Below the pieces are notes generated by a model. That model ran no database searches. It had not been told where the DNA came from and saw only the letters and a list, made by a program, of their open reading frames with translations. From contig NC_087436.1 in assembly GCF_036321535.1 (NCBI RefSeq), positions 114,950,001-115,014,000 on the forward strand: DNA of 64,000 bases, in the 5' to 3' direction. Within the stretch, counting starts at the first letter, position 1, and the number at the start of each line of letters is the position of its first letter. Shown piece after piece: positions 50,509 to 64,000 of this stretch. The DNA is from Camelus dromedarius (lineage: Eukaryota). The translations under genes were made by a program, and so were the position numbers.

Positions 50509-52850
50509 AGTCTGACGGTAGATATTGAAGAAAATGATGTTACTAGTAATGGAATGCTTTTTTTTAAACCATTGTTTCTGGTAGTCATTATTCCACTGAA
50601 GTCTTCAAGTTCAAAACAAAAAGAAACTTGTTAATACCAGTTTTGTATGGAAAAATACTGATTAAAAAAAAAGAAAACCTTTGGCAAAGTAAATTAATGA
50701 AGGAAGAGGATGGGGAAGGGCCTGAGAATTCAAAGGGTTAGGGAGGTGGGATGTCAGAGAGCTTGTGATGGGTGAACTGGCTTCAGTTACATCAGAAACT
50801 AGCACTCATGTGTTTTTGTCTACTTCCTTCCATTTCCATGTCTCCTCAATTTTCAGGCAAATCCAATCTGTCTAACCTGTGAGAAAAGGAATATATTTTG
50901 AGTCCTTCCATGCTTGGGGAGAAGGAAAAAAATGGAACGCTGCTGTGTATCCAGGAGACCAGATAGATCCAGTCATGCAGAAGGAATTCAGAGAGAGGCT
51001 GCAGAGAAATGCAAGCCTGCGTGGGGATGTCGGGGCTCCTACCAACCGGCAGGTTCTGGCACTTACCAAGTCTTCCCTGGGGACACAATGACACCTATGC
51101 TGTCTTCTCACTTCCTTTCTTCTCCCTTTGAATCCACTTACTACAGATCACCAAAGGGGTTTATCTGGTCAGGTCAGTCCCTTACTTAAAACCCATCAAT
51201 GACGACCCATTTTTTGTAAGATCTATCTGAGTACCTTCACATGCTAAGTAATTCAGCCCCAACTTGGTCAATTCCTTTGTTTCCAATCTTAAGAGATCTT
51301 GCCTCCCTAATTTCCTCTCCATGTACTATACAAAGTCTCCATGTAAATCAGGCAAAAGTTGTCCAGTAACCGCATCTCATAAAGCTCAACTCACTAAGGA
51401 GACAGAATGACTCACAGTTTTCCAAATGGACCATGGCTGAGTCATGTACCCTGCATCTGCACATGGGGTTCCTTCAGCTTTCATTCATCCCACAGATACG
51501 TAGTACGTGCCAGAATGTGCCACAGTGTCTTCTAAAGGTTGGGGAGGCAGTGGTGAGTAAGTTCAGTGGAGTCCCTGCTTTTTGCATCCTAGTGGGCGAG
51601 GTGGTCAAGAAGTACATGAGTATATGCTGTAATATCAGGTAGTGATAAGAGCTGCTAAGAGAAAAAAGAGGGGTGAGAAGATGCAGAGGGCTGGAAGAGG
51701 GAGTACAGGTCGCAGTTCTGTGCTGGAACTCCCTTCCTCCCCTCTCCCCAGCTTGGTTCCTCCCTCAGCATCCTGCTAGCACTTTACCTCTTTCGGATGG
51801 TGGACTCTCTCCCCTCCACGAGACACCACCCAGACACAGCGGGATGTGTTCATCCCATGTAGGAGATCATGGACTCCTCCTAGACGCTAATGTCGTGACG
51901 TCCTCTAGTCGCTAAGGATGGGGCAGTCAAAAGTACATGGATTTGAGCTCAGACATGTGCTGAGTCTGAGTCCCTCATTTTGTTGGAGTCTTGCTTGGAT
52001 TCACTGTACAATTAAGGAATGAATACTCTTTTTCCTACACAAGGTTTCTGTGAGTCTCAAATGAATGAAAGCATTTTGAGAACTAAAAATTACATTGCTA
52101 ATCCTAAAGTGCTATACAGATTTAACTGGCTGCTATTATCTCACTGCAGTGATCAACTGTAGTGATGCTGCTTTCAAGAGAAACAAGATCATCCCAACTG
52201 TAAAGATAATTTTTAACTAAATGAGCCGTTCATTCATTCAAAACAAATTTATTGCGCATGTGCTATGTGGCAGGCATCGTTCTAGGCATGGGGCACGAGA
52301 GTACTTTTCCTTCATGGAACTCGCTTTATTTATTTAGAGGAAAAGTAATCTTTAAAAAATGCAGGCTATTATAGTAGGTATTGCTAAACACCATGGCCTG
52401 ATAATTTCTAATTAAATCTATCTGAAATCACTGAGTATTAAATTATATGGCCTCAGGAGATATAACTACTTAGTTAAATACCAAAAAAAAGCATGGTATG
52501 AAAAATAACAAAAAAATATTCCCAGTGGTGCTGTCAAATTTTCTCCAAGGTTAATTAATTAATGCAAATAAGTGTAACTGGAACAGACTGCAGACTAACG
52601 TTACTGTAAAGTTACCACTTCGAAAATCGTAAGCAAATAACGTAATTTACTGGTCATAATCATACACACGTTCATTATTAGTAAATTTTTCAGAGAACAT
52701 ATGAATTGAAAAAAAATGAAAGCAAAATAAACATCTAATTTATATGTCAAAAACCTTTATTATCCGAACATATTACTCCAAGTTGAATGAAGTTTGCTTG
52801 AATAGAATAATACAGCTCACAAGATTTTCCACATAAGATTTTTACTTTCT

Positions 52851-54178
52851 TTTTTTTTTTTTTTTTGCCATTCATGTATATTCTTTTTGGGTGTGTGTGT
52901 GTTTTTTTTAACGTTTTTTATTGATTTATACTCATTTTACAATGTTGTGTCAAATTCCAGTGTAGAGCACAATTTTTCAGTTATACATGAACATATATAC
53001 ATTCATTGTCACATTTTTCCCTCTGTGAGCTACCATAAGAGCTTGTATCTATTTCCCTGTGCTATACAGTATAATCTTGTTTATCTATTCTACAATTTTG
53101 AAATCCCAGTCTATCCCTTTCCACCCCCTGCCCCCTTGGCAACCACAAGTTTGTATTTTATGTCTATGAGTCTGTTTCTGTTTTGTATGTATGCTATTTT
53201 TTTTTTTTTTAGATTCCACATATGAGCGATCTCATATGGTATTTTTCTTTCTCTTTCTGGCTTACTTCACTTAGAATGACGTTCTCCAGGAGCATCCATG
53301 TTGCTGCAAATGGCATTATGTCGTCGGTTTTTATGGCTAAGTAGTATTCCATTGTATAAATATACCACTTCTTCTTTATCCAGTCATCCGTTGATGGACA
53401 TTTAGGCTGTTTCCATGTCTTGGCTATTGTAAATAGTGCTGCTGTGAACATCAGGGTGCAGATGTCATTTTGAAGTAGGGTTCCTTCTGGATACATGCCC
53501 TGGAGTGGGATTCCTGGGTCATATGGTAAGTCTATTACTAGTCTTTTGAGGAATCTCCATACTGTTTTCCACAGTGGCTGCACCAAACTGCATTCCCACC
53601 AGCAGTGTAGGAGGGTTCCCTTTTCTCCACAGCCTCTCCAGCATTTGTCATTTGTGGATTTTTGAATGATGGTCATTCTGACGGTGTGAGGTGATATCTC
53701 ATTGTAGTTTTGATTTGCATTTCTCTGATAATTAGTGATATTGAGCATTTTTTCATGTGCCTATTGATCATTTGTATGTCTTCCTTGGAGAATTGCTTGT
53801 TTAGGTCTTTTGCCCATTTTTGGATTGGGTTGTTTGGTTGTTTCGTATTAAGTTGTATGAGCTGCTTATATATTCTGGAGATCAAGCCTTTGTCGGTTTC
53901 ATTTGCAAAAATTTTCTCCCATTCCGTAGGTTGTCATTTTGTTTTACTTATGGTTTCCTTTGCTGTGCAGAAGCTTGTAAGTTTCATTAGGTCCCATTTG
54001 TTTATTCTTGCTTTTATTTCTATTGCTTGAGTAGACTGTTCTAGGAGAACATTTTTGAGATGTATGTCAGATAATGTTTTGCCTATATTTTCTTCTAGGA
54101 GGTTTATTGTATCTTGTCTTATGTTTAAGTCTTTGATCCATTTTGAGTTTATTTTTGTGTATGGTGTAAGGGAGTGTA
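52851..54178 (-). mobile_element. Young lineage-specific L1, 5'-truncated (about 1.3 kb)
   Basis: Long T tail and TSD-like ttactttct(t/a)tttt at 52842 and 54179. ORF2 C-terminus nearly intact ([19 protein letters not shown]... [20 protein letters not shown] ... [25 protein letters not shown]). Confidence 0.95.
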
Positions 54179-55395
54179 TTACTTTCTATTTTAGAAAAAT
54201 TACAGGGAAATGTATATAAAATTTTGTGACTCAAAGTCCAGCTTCTTTTTAAAACAATGCAAAAAAGACTTTGTCCAACTGACTGGCCCTTTTACTCTAA
54301 AACATTAAGAGAATAAAAATGGTCATTGAAATGGAAATACATATGGGCTATCATTAGTAATATTTCCCAGTAATGACATATTTTTCTTCAATAGTTCAGT
54401 ATAATTAAATATTAATAAAATACCAAATAACATCTATAACCAGTTGGCTTTGACAGTAAGGGATGGGCATTCCGTTGCTCTATCTGACACGTCTGAAAAA
54501 ATCTATTAAATATATGATATATTCCTTCTTAGACTCTATGGAAGCAAGTTAATTTAGTCAACTTTATGTTTATTATAGACCTGGTTCTGCAAGATATAGT
54601 GGCAATAATAAGATGTTAACATTAGAAGACAAGCTCTGAGTCCCTAACACTTCACGTTCAACAGCTGTAGAATATAGATGATGATGGTGGTTATAGTCAC
54701 TTATGCTCTTCCTACTTGACAAGGATGCTCATTTATTTTTAAATAAAATATTTTTCACCACCAAAAGATATGTCTGACACCATTATCCTATGCTGCATCT
54801 TGTGATGGAAATGGGAAGATAAATAAAACGTAGTCACTGAAGGGTGTTGATAGACAGGTGAGAAAGGCAGGTAAAGGAAACCATGGCAGTGTTGGATAAG
54901 AGGTATGCTGGAAGTTCCTAAAGAGCCCAATGAAGAGCACTTAAAAATCGGATTTTTGGGGTGAAGGCATCGTGGAATTTCTCATACAGGAAACCCATGC
55001 TTCTCCACGGGCTTTAGACTTTCCTCTGAATACTATACTTCACTGACTAACAGACAACTCAAACTTAACATGAACAAAAGACTCCTCTTCCTGACTAATC
55101 CATCCTTCAGCCTTCTTCACCTCAATAAATAAAACCTACATGTTTCCAGTTAGTTCAGCTGAAAAAAAAATAACTGTCATTCTTTTCTATTATCCTTATA
55201 TTTTATATCCAATTTAACAGCATATAGTAGCTCTAAAACATGCTTTGAATTTGATCACTCCTTGTTATCTCTGAAACTCCAACTCCAGAGCAAGCCACCA
55301 TTCTCTCTCATCCAGCCAACTGCAGGATCCTGGTAACCAGTCTCCCTCCTACCAGTCTCCTATGGTTCTCCCACCATATAACCAAAAGAATGTTT

Positions 55396-57180
55396 TTTCT
55401 TTTTAAACTGAGGTAAAATTGGTATCTAACATTATATTAGTTTTGTACAACGTAACAGTCTGGGACCCCTATAATGCAAATATTAGTATTCTTAATGTTG
55501 TCCCCATAGGCCCCTTAGTCTATCTCTTTTTTTAAATTATTTTTTCTTAATTTTTTTTTACTTTTAATTTGTATTTATTTATGGATTTATGGATTTATTT
55601 AATTTGTTGCTGCTCTGTTTGGGTGAACTCCATTACCCTGACTTCCAGGTCACTGATCTGTTCTTCTGCTTCGTCTAGTCTGATGCTGAACCCGTCTAGA
55701 TAGTTGTAAGTTTAGTTATTGTATTCTTCAGCTCTGTGACTCCTGCTTAATGCTTTCTTCCTTTTTTTTTTTTTTTTTCTTTTTTGGTTGAAATTCTCAC
55801 AGTGTTCATCCATCCTCCTCCCAAGTTGAGAGAGCATCTTTATGACCATTATTTTGGAGTCTGTATCAGGTAAATTACTTACCTCCACATCACTAAGACT
55901 CCCCTACAACCTGCCCCTGGGGTTTTAATCTTGTTCTTTCATCTGGAACATATTCTTCTGTTTCCTCATTTAGCTTGTCTCTGGTTTGTTTCTGTGTATT
56001 AGGTGAAACAGCTACCTTTCCCAGTCTTGAAAGAGTGGCCTTGTATTGGGGATGAAACTTATTTTTCAACCTTGCCCTAGCTCTTGGTTGTGTCTCAAGC
56101 TTTTGTGATTATCTAAGCAGCCTGATTTATTCTTGATAGGTCCAAGTTGTCAACATTGTGCCAAGAGCTTTCAGGGTTCCAAAGGGAAAGACCTCAGTCA
56201 GCACCTAGTTTCAGGCTGATTGAAAGCCAGACAGTCAGGCAGCAGCTGTTAAAGTATGTAAATATATACATCCTGGGGGGCTGCCATTATAACCCCTTCT
56301 GGCCTCCAGGCCAGGCAGTGTGGAGTTGTCCTCTTGGCAATAGTTGCAAAAATCAGGGCTCCAGAAAAGTGTATAAGCTTCTTTCTTGGGAGGTATTGGT
56401 GGGCTGCAGTGAGGCCAAAGTGAGTGCAAAGTTGACCTACTTTCCCTGAGAGCTTCTTCGTGGCTTCTAGATGTGTGGTAAATCTGAAACCTGCCCCTCA
56501 GGCTGAGGCTCAAGGACGAGTAAATAGGCCCTTTTCATAAGAAGAATGGGGTGTGTTTCAGTCTGCTGTCCGTGTCATGTCCTGGGGGTGGTAGCCTCCG
56601 AACTGCCTCTGCCTGTTTCAGTCTTTTCAGACCCAGAAACATAGGCTCCCATGGCCACCAGAGCCAGAACTCGAGGGGCACCCCCTGTGTGGACTGCACG
56701 TAACTGCTGGTTTTAGTGGGGTTGCAAGGAAGCCTGGTGACAGGGCGGCCCCACTGGCTTCAGCAGGGCCACCAAGGAGCCTTGGGAAGAGGGGAGCCCT
56801 CTGGCTGTAGCAGGACCACGTGGTGGCTGGCCACAAGGGGAGACCCACGTGAGAATGTGTGCACAGGGCAAACCCACTGACTGCAGTGGGGCCATGGGAA
56901 GGCATGTGGAGGGGCGGGTGGCAAGCTCACCAACTTCAGCAGGACTGCAGTGGGGCCCAGGACCAGGACAAGCACGCTGGCTGTTGGGGGCCATGGAAGA
57001 GCATGGGGGCAGGGCAAGTCCCCTGGCACTAGCAAGGCAGAGGGAAGGCAGAAATGGTGCCTGCCAGCACCGGCACAGGCTAGGTGGAATGAGAGTGCAA
57101 AAATGGCAGCCACCAGTGCCTCTGTCCCTGGAGAAAGTTCAAACAGACCCCTGTGCCCTTGGGAGATGCTCTAAGATTAG
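55396..57180 (-). mobile_element. L1-derived element: short 3' end joined to ORF1 and 5'UTR-like sequence (HAL1-like or internally deleted L1)
   Basis: L1 3' terminus aactgaggtaaaattggtatctaacattatattagttt is followed by ORF1 antisense signature tgggacccctataatgcaaatattag...ttccaggtcactgatctgttcttctgctt...ttattgtattcttcagctct, then GC-richer 5'-end-like sequence. Confidence 0.55.
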
Positions 57181-57860
57181 CTAATGGTCTTTGCCAAATC
57201 CTGGGATTGAAATTTTCCTCTGATAAGAAAAATTATAGAAGATCTTTTCCACTGGCTGACTAAGTGCTCATTATTTACTCCTTTTTGCCTGGTTGTACCC
57301 ATTCTAGAGGAAGGAAATACTAAGCTTCCTGCCTCCTTCGAAGGAGGCATCAGCCAGAACACATGAGTCTGGCCGTTACAATGAAAGCTGCGGCCCCCTA
57401 GGTGTGTCTGCGTTCTCTAGTCTTATTCCTTGGGAAGTTAACACAAATACATACATACAGCAGAGGGGAATTCCATGAGAACTCATTCGGAGTTCAGAAT
57501 AATCTGTAAGTCTTTGAAGGCAGATACCCCAGTGGATTGAACTGGAAAAGCATTGATTAAAGGGCCGAGATTGAATGTGGATCATGAGAGATGTGAAAAA
57601 TACAGAAGGAGGGAAGAAGGCATTCAGAAGTGTTACATTGTTGCCTTCACCCTCCTAAGGAGGGTGGAAGTCTATCAGAGGGGACAATGCCTAATTTAAA
57701 AAATTCCAAATAGGTGGCAACATTTGCCAAAACTAAAGAATGAAGGCACATACCTCTTCTAGAGTATTCCTCACGGAAAGTCTTACTACAAAAGCTTCTC
57801 TGTTGGAGGCTTCCTCTAATTTCTGGCCTTTGAATTTTCATCCCTGTCAGACACTGCCTT

Positions 57861-58330
57861 TGTTTTGGGTCTCCTGAAAGCAGAGCCTGATCCAGGGATG
57901 TGAGTGTAGGTAGTTTATTTGGAGATAATCCCAGGGAGCAGGGAAGAGAATGTGGGGAGACTGAGAGCAGGAAGAAAAGCCAATAGGAGGGGCGTTTCTG
58001 CTGCAGGCGGCAGGGGCTTGGTGCTGTGGGACCTCTGAAGACACAATACCTCCCAGACGTCTGCCCAAAGGGCAGGAGGCTGGGGTGGCTTGTTTATTAG
58101 CTTTTATCCTGTGTTGTTTGAGGGTTGCCTCTGGGGTTTTAACAAATCTGCTTTTCTGGGCTGCACTTTTACACAGGTTCACTGATACCAAAGCTTCAGC
58201 AAAGGCCCTTTTCTAAGGCAGAAAGTGGCAAGATTGGCATTAGGGGTGGGGGCTAGTTGTCCTGTGGGTGAAGCCAGCGGTGGGCTGCGGGGTGTGCTGT
58301 GGGGGACCAACAACGTCTGCTGCAGGCAGC
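57861..58330 (-). mobile_element. ERVL LTR (LTR16 family)
   Basis: gggtctcctgaaagcagagcctgatccagggatgtgagtgtaggtagtttatttggagataatcccaggga. Confidence 0.7.
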
Positions 58331-59149
58331 AGTCCCTACCCTGTGGGTGCTACCAAATCCTCCCCCAGGTGCTGGCCCCTGCTACTCCCTAACTCATGAA
58401 CAGTTCAGAAGAGTATTCTGCTTTTCCCACATGTGGCTCCATCAAATCTCAAAACGGCTTCCTCCCAATATGACACCTGCTGCACGGGAGATGCAGTCAG
58501 GGGTTAGGTACCACCAGTTCTGGACACTCATCTCCCATCTTCCTCAAGGTCAAGGACCAGCCACTGCTGTCAGTTAGGGCCTGGGATCTTCCCTCTGCTT
58601 TACATCCGGTCCCAGGGAGCTCTTGCTTTCATGATAAATGTCATTTGCTTAGAACTTCCATGTTCTAGATGCTACGCTAAGGGATTCCCGGATGTAACTT
58701 TATTTAATCTTTACAAGGCCTTTACAGAAGGGTCGTCATGGTCCCCATTTTATAGCCTAGAAAACTGAATCTCAGAAGCAAACTGTGTAAGTTAGTAGGT
58801 AAGCGGGCAGAGTTATGGTTTGAACCCAGTTCATGAAAACTCCAGAAATGACTGTCTTACCGATGACAGCATCCTGACTGTGTCTGTCTCCAGCCCACTC
58901 CCCTCCCCACCTTCACACCCAGCCTCGGCCTGTGGAGTCCTCAGGTGAGATCTGGGTACACTGAGGTCCTTGAGGTTTGCTAGAGTCCAGCTCCTCACTT
59001 TCGCCCTGGAATGTCTTCCCCTGTGACACATGTGTATCTGCTCTCTGCCTTGAATGTCCCCAGTTAGAGTGACTTCATGGCTTCTCTTAGCAGTCTGTTC
59101 CATTGCCTAAGTGCTCCCAGTGGGCTCACATTTTCCCTGATATTTAGCT

Positions 59150-59470
59150 TTAATATTCCTCCTCGCAGCTTACAGCTTGTTAATTCTCATTCTGCCCTTG
59201 TTGATTAGTAAGGAGATTGATCCCTGCCCCTCTCACGGTATCTTTTTATGACTGTGTCAGCAGAATGACGGCTCCCCTCAGTGGCCCGTCTCCAAGCCTA
59301 GCTGCCCCAGCCCTCTTAACCTCCCCGCAGAGGTCTCCTCTCCAAGCCTGGGACTGTTTGTGTCCCTCTGCTCTCCACCGTGTCAATTAGCTTGTGTCCT
59401 TGGATAATTTGTAGCATCCGAAAGGGACCCAGGACTGGAGAGGCGGCCAGCTCCAGGCAGAGACAGGCAC
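59150..59470 (-). mobile_element. L3/CR1 LINE remnant
   Basis: ctcccctcagtggcccgtctccaagcctagctgccccagccctcttaacctcc...gtccctctgctctcc resembles antisense CR1 RT 3' region. Confidence 0.45.
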
Positions 59471-60729
59471 GGCGCTGCTGAAATTCACTTGCTCCTTTTG
59501 CAAAGTGATATCTTAATTATTTTTTTCCCTGAGGCAGACCGCCAAGATTTCTCCTTCTCAATGTCCTTTTTATGAACTTGGAATTATAGACTGTGGGAGC
59601 TGATTTAGACTCTCTGAATCATCTCCCTTATTTAGAAGGAAGCAAATTGAGGCATAGAGGAAATGAGGCAAGAGCCCAAGGCCACTCGGTGGCTCAGTGA
59701 CAGAGTGAGGATGAGGACCAGCTCTGGAGCCTTCCAGGTCAATATTCCTTTCAGTGCAACCTTTTAAGATTTGTCAAGACACAATATGCATGACTCTATC
59801 AAAAGGGATAGATTCCCGAAGTGTGGTATCATTGCAGGCCACGGAGCGAAGAGATGCATGGAAGAAAGAGATGCACGGAATGTCAAGGGAGGTGAGGACT
59901 TGTACGTGACTGCCGGGGCTGGCAGTGGAGGGTCACGTGATGGCATGCAGAGCACTTAAATAGGGGGTGAGCAAACGGTGTTGGTGAAGAAGATAAAAAA
60001 TACTCATGGAAATTTGTGCAGACTTCCGAGACGGGTGTTTGAGAAAACGTTTTAAGACGGTGATGTAATATAACAGTTAAGAAAACTGACTTTGGAATAA
60101 CAGACCATGATTTGATTCCATGGCCTGCCATCTACAGGTACGTGTGCTTGGTCAACTTACCGAAATTCTCTGAGCCTGTTTACTCGTCTATAAAATAATA
60201 ATAAAATTCAAAAATAAACATTATATAGCATTAATTATATATAACATACCATGTCTATATATTTACTTTTATTATACATATTACACAGGATGTTACATAT
60301 GATGTGTTATGATATATATTTATAATATAGAATATAATATACATGAAAAATAGTAATGGCATCTACTTCCTAGGGCTAATGAGATAGTTATATGTAATAA
60401 TAACTCCAAAAATTCTCAATTTTGTGTCTGGTCCGTGGCAAGTGCGTGACAGATTGTTAGCTGCAGCTTTTGGCATTTATTGGCCTTTGTGTCATTGTCA
60501 TCATCATTATCACCATGATTTCAGTAAAGCTAATTCAAAACTTGACCTCACGTCTGGAGTTCTCTGCGTGGCCATCTACGTTTTCGCTTTTAGCAGATAA
60601 TGTTCCCCACACCTCCGACCCTCATTTCACAAAGAAAACACACATCGTCAGATGTGAAATCATTCACTTTTCCATCCTGACCAGCGGCAAATTTACAAAT
60701 TCTCATGCATCTCCTAACTTAAAAAAATT

Positions 60730-61934
60730 CTGTCCAAGGTTAAATCTTTTGATGGTGCCTACAGTCTCAGAGCTTTTTCCATGATGCTCCTTTGCTTGAC
60801 CGTAGCTTCCCTCTGCACTGCATGACCCCACTGAAAGCTTTCTCTTCAGAGCATGCTTTTCTGACGGTGAGTCTCCTAACTTTACCATATTTTGTAATAT
60901 GAATAGGCTGAGAATACCCCAAATCATCAAATTCTAGTGTTTTTTTGTGGGGCTTGGGGGTTTTTGTTTGTTTGTTTTGTCTTACCACTTCCCCCCTCAA
61001 CTTACCTGGTTTTTTTTCTCTTGCATTTCACTATAAGCTGCAAGAAGAAACCTGGCCACACCTTCAGTATGTTGCTTGGAAATCTCCTCAGCTAGGTACC
61101 CAGGTTCGTCAGGTCATCACTTACAAGTTCGACTTTCCACACAGCAGTAGGACACAATTCACCAGGTTTTCTGCCCCGTGGAACAAGGAGTGCCTTTGTC
61201 CAGTTTCCAGTAACATGTTCCTCACTGTCTTTCTTCTGAGCCTTCAACACCAGTGTCTTTCCTTTTCATATTTCTACCAATAATATGTTTAAGGCCATCT
61301 AGGGTTTTTTTTTTCTGTCGTACATCTTAAGCTTCTTACAGCTTCTACCCATTTCCAATTGCAAAGCCAATTCTAAATTTTGGGGTGTTTTTTATAGTAA
61401 TGCCGCCCTTTTTTGTCAAAATCCATATTAGTTTTGTTTGCTTGCTTGTTTGTTTTGTGTGTGTGTGTGTGTGTGTGTCTACTGCCATAATAAATTAACA
61501 CAAGCTTGATGACGTAAACCAGCAGAAATGTATTCTGTCACAGTTCCGGAGCTCAGAAGTATGTAAACCATATTACTGAGCAAAAATCAAGGTGCCAGGA
61601 GAGCAGCATCCCCTCCACATGCGCTAGTGGAAAACCCGTTCCTCGTCTCGTTCATCTCCTGGCGGCTCCATCATTCTTCAGCTTGTGGCTCCGCCACTTT
61701 AATTTCTGCCTTTGTGATCACATTGCCTTCTCCTCTTCTGTGTGTCCAGTCTACCTCCCCCTTACAAAGACATTTTGATCACATTTAGAACACACCCATG
61801 TAATCCAGGATAATCTCCCCATTGCCAAGATTCTCACTCACATTTGCAAGATCCTTTTTCCACATAAGGTGACATTTAAAGGTTCCAGGGATTACAATTT
61901 GATATCTTTCAGTTATTTTGCCTACTTTAAAACA
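60730..61934 (-). mobile_element. MLT1C/D LTR (about 61425-61934) with adjoining MLT1-int
   Basis: Internal ttgcttggaaatctcctcagcta...tccagtttccagtaacatgttcctca; LTR cagaaatgtattctgtcacagttccggagc...taatccaggataatctccccat...ggttccagggatta. Confidence 0.8.
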
Positions 61935-62799
61935 GTACTCTTCTCTAATGGATACAACTTTTCCAGTGTTTTCTCTATAATTTTTTTAAAAAGTTTGAGA
62001 CAAATACATATACAGTAGTAGGACAACGACTGACATAAGGCACACAGAATTGCTAAGCACGGCGGCAGACATCAGACATGCATGGTCTCGTTTGATCCCC
62101 AGAATGGCAAATCTTGGTTAGTACTTCTATTCTCATTCCACAGCTAAAGAAAAGGACTGGCAAGTCATATAACTAATACATACAGGGCCAGTAGGGACAG
62201 GGGTATTTGTCCGATTCTAAAGCCTGAGCTCTCCTTGTGCCTAATTTACTCTCCTCCATGATCCTTGGTATAAAGGCCTTTTGGAGGCTTGAGATATGTC
62301 ATCCACTAGGGAGACAAAGAGGGCTTAGAGGTGTAAGTCTCAAGAATGATGAGCATTTTGTGTTTAGCCTCTTTCAACAGTGGCACTGCTATCATTCATC
62401 TTTGGCAGCTCATTCCACATGTGTGGCCATGGGCATGCGTTCAGCTGACCACACTGGTCAATGGGCTGTGACCACACAATGCACAGATGAAGTCAGAAGC
62501 TCAAAGAAGTCTTCATCCATACAGGGGCCTCTCAGAAATGTTCTCAGTGACCACACCCTATCTATCTTCCCAAGTTTAATGGGCTGAGTTTAGAGAGTAT
62601 CTTGGTCTGGCTCTAGCCTTCCATTCCTGCTTAATCATCCACTTTTCCAATCCTAGTTGTCCCCAAAAAACAGGACACATGGCTTGCTTATGTCTAGAAG
62701 GAAAGGTAAAACATGTTCATAGTTAAATAAAACACAGGTAGAAAGTGCCAAGTGTGCCAAGAGCCAAGATAGCTGGAAGTGAAATGCTGGGATGTGTAG

Positions 62800-63400
62800 A
62801 GCAGCAGATGGGATTCTCAGTTCTCTGAGGAGCTTTCAGAAGGAAGTGATGATTATGGTTGGCCTCATATTAAATATAAGTGAGATTTGGCTGCATGATG
62901 ATTGTAAAACATGGGCAAAGGAAAAGACTGGCTAGATTGAAAGGCAAGAATGCCTAGTATCTTGAAGAGAACAGCAAGTGACTTCATTTGACTTGAGTAA
63001 AATGTCAGGAAGGAAAGAAGGGTGAGTTGAGATTTGATGTGTAAGCTTGGAATTGTCAGGTTGTCTTTTGGATTTTGGACTTCGTTGTGTTTGAAATGTG
63101 GAGTCATTTAAGGATTTGGGACAGAATAGTGACATCATCAAGGATATTCTTAGCAAAATAATAATCTGATAGCTGTTGGTGAAATGGATTAAGCAGAAAG
63201 AGACTGCAGGCAAAGATCCAGCTTAGGAGGCCATCGTAATAGCTCCTGAAGGAGGTAATGATGACTTGACATAAAGCAGGAGCAGGAAGGAGAGTGGTAA
63301 GAAAATGAAGACCAAGCCTGTGATATAAGTAAAACCCACAGGGTATGATGGATTATGTGGGTTAAGGAAAGGAGCAGGAATCAGAGCTTGGTTAACTGGA
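62800..63400 (-). mobile_element. L2 fragment
   Basis: ggattttggacttc...gaatagtgacatcatca...cagcttaggaggccatcgtaatagctcc. Confidence 0.6.
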
Positions 63401-64000
63401 AGTACAGATACACCAGCTAAGGCTCTTTGCAAGTAACAAGACATAAGCTGGCTCACTTTAGCAAAACATCTTTTTAAAAGATATGTATTTAAAGGATTTG
63501 AAGATGACTCATAGATTGGAAGGACACAGTAAGAGGAGGCTTTGGAAAGGACTGGAATGAGAAAACTCGAGGAAATAAAGCACGGTCTACTGAGACCACA
63601 CCCTTCAAGGTGAATCAGTTCGAACCATCGAGGACACTTGATCATCCCATTAGAGATCTAAATTCTGCAGAATTGGGGGAGGAAAAGGAAAGAAAAAGGG
63701 AAAGAGAGAAGGGAAGTCCAGTTGGATTGCATGTCTGTTCCCTGACCAGGAAGAGGGCAGGACAGCTTGACTGATAGACCTATCAAGATCGCATGTGATA
63801 GATGAGAGATAGTTTCCCAAAAAAAGACTTGAAGTGTTGCTGGTAGAAGGAGGGGTAGATGCTGACTAGCTGAAAACCAAGGATGTACAGCTCTGAGGGA
63901 TAAAAGTCATATAGAAGGCTCAGACTTCAGAGCTGAAAGGTGTGAAAACCACTGAAGGTCTCATTGTGTAGGTCATTAAAAGCAAGTGCACATAAAAATG

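Noticed and set aside
1..64000. Prokaryotic-style systems (CRISPR arrays, operons) and the bulk of the ORF track
   Set aside because: The sequence is mammalian, with no repeat-spacer array; most listed ORFs are short chance frames or lie in L1/LTR remnants.

Overview
Mammalian genomic DNA, most likely camelid: a tRNA-derived SINE at 9894-10045 and the L1 3' ends match my recollection of camelid repeats. I found no intact protein-coding gene. Most of the window is intergenic and full of eutherian repeats (MIR, L2, L1, L3/CR1, MaLR/ERVL LTRs, hAT DNA transposons). The main non-repeat signal lies in the first 11 kb, on the minus strand. It is a series of 8-10 exon-like blocks bounded by canonical splice signals, downstream of a TATA + HNF1/FOXA/HNF4/GATA-type promoter. 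No reading frame stays open across the blocks, so this looks like an unidentified decayed (unitary) pseudogene or a spliced lncRNA. It carries a possible P-loop/AAA+ remnant. Two small orphan CpG-rich promoter-like elements lie at about 27.5 kb and 49.4 kb. Repeat family names come from recalled consensus sequences, not from a database search, and boundaries are approximate.
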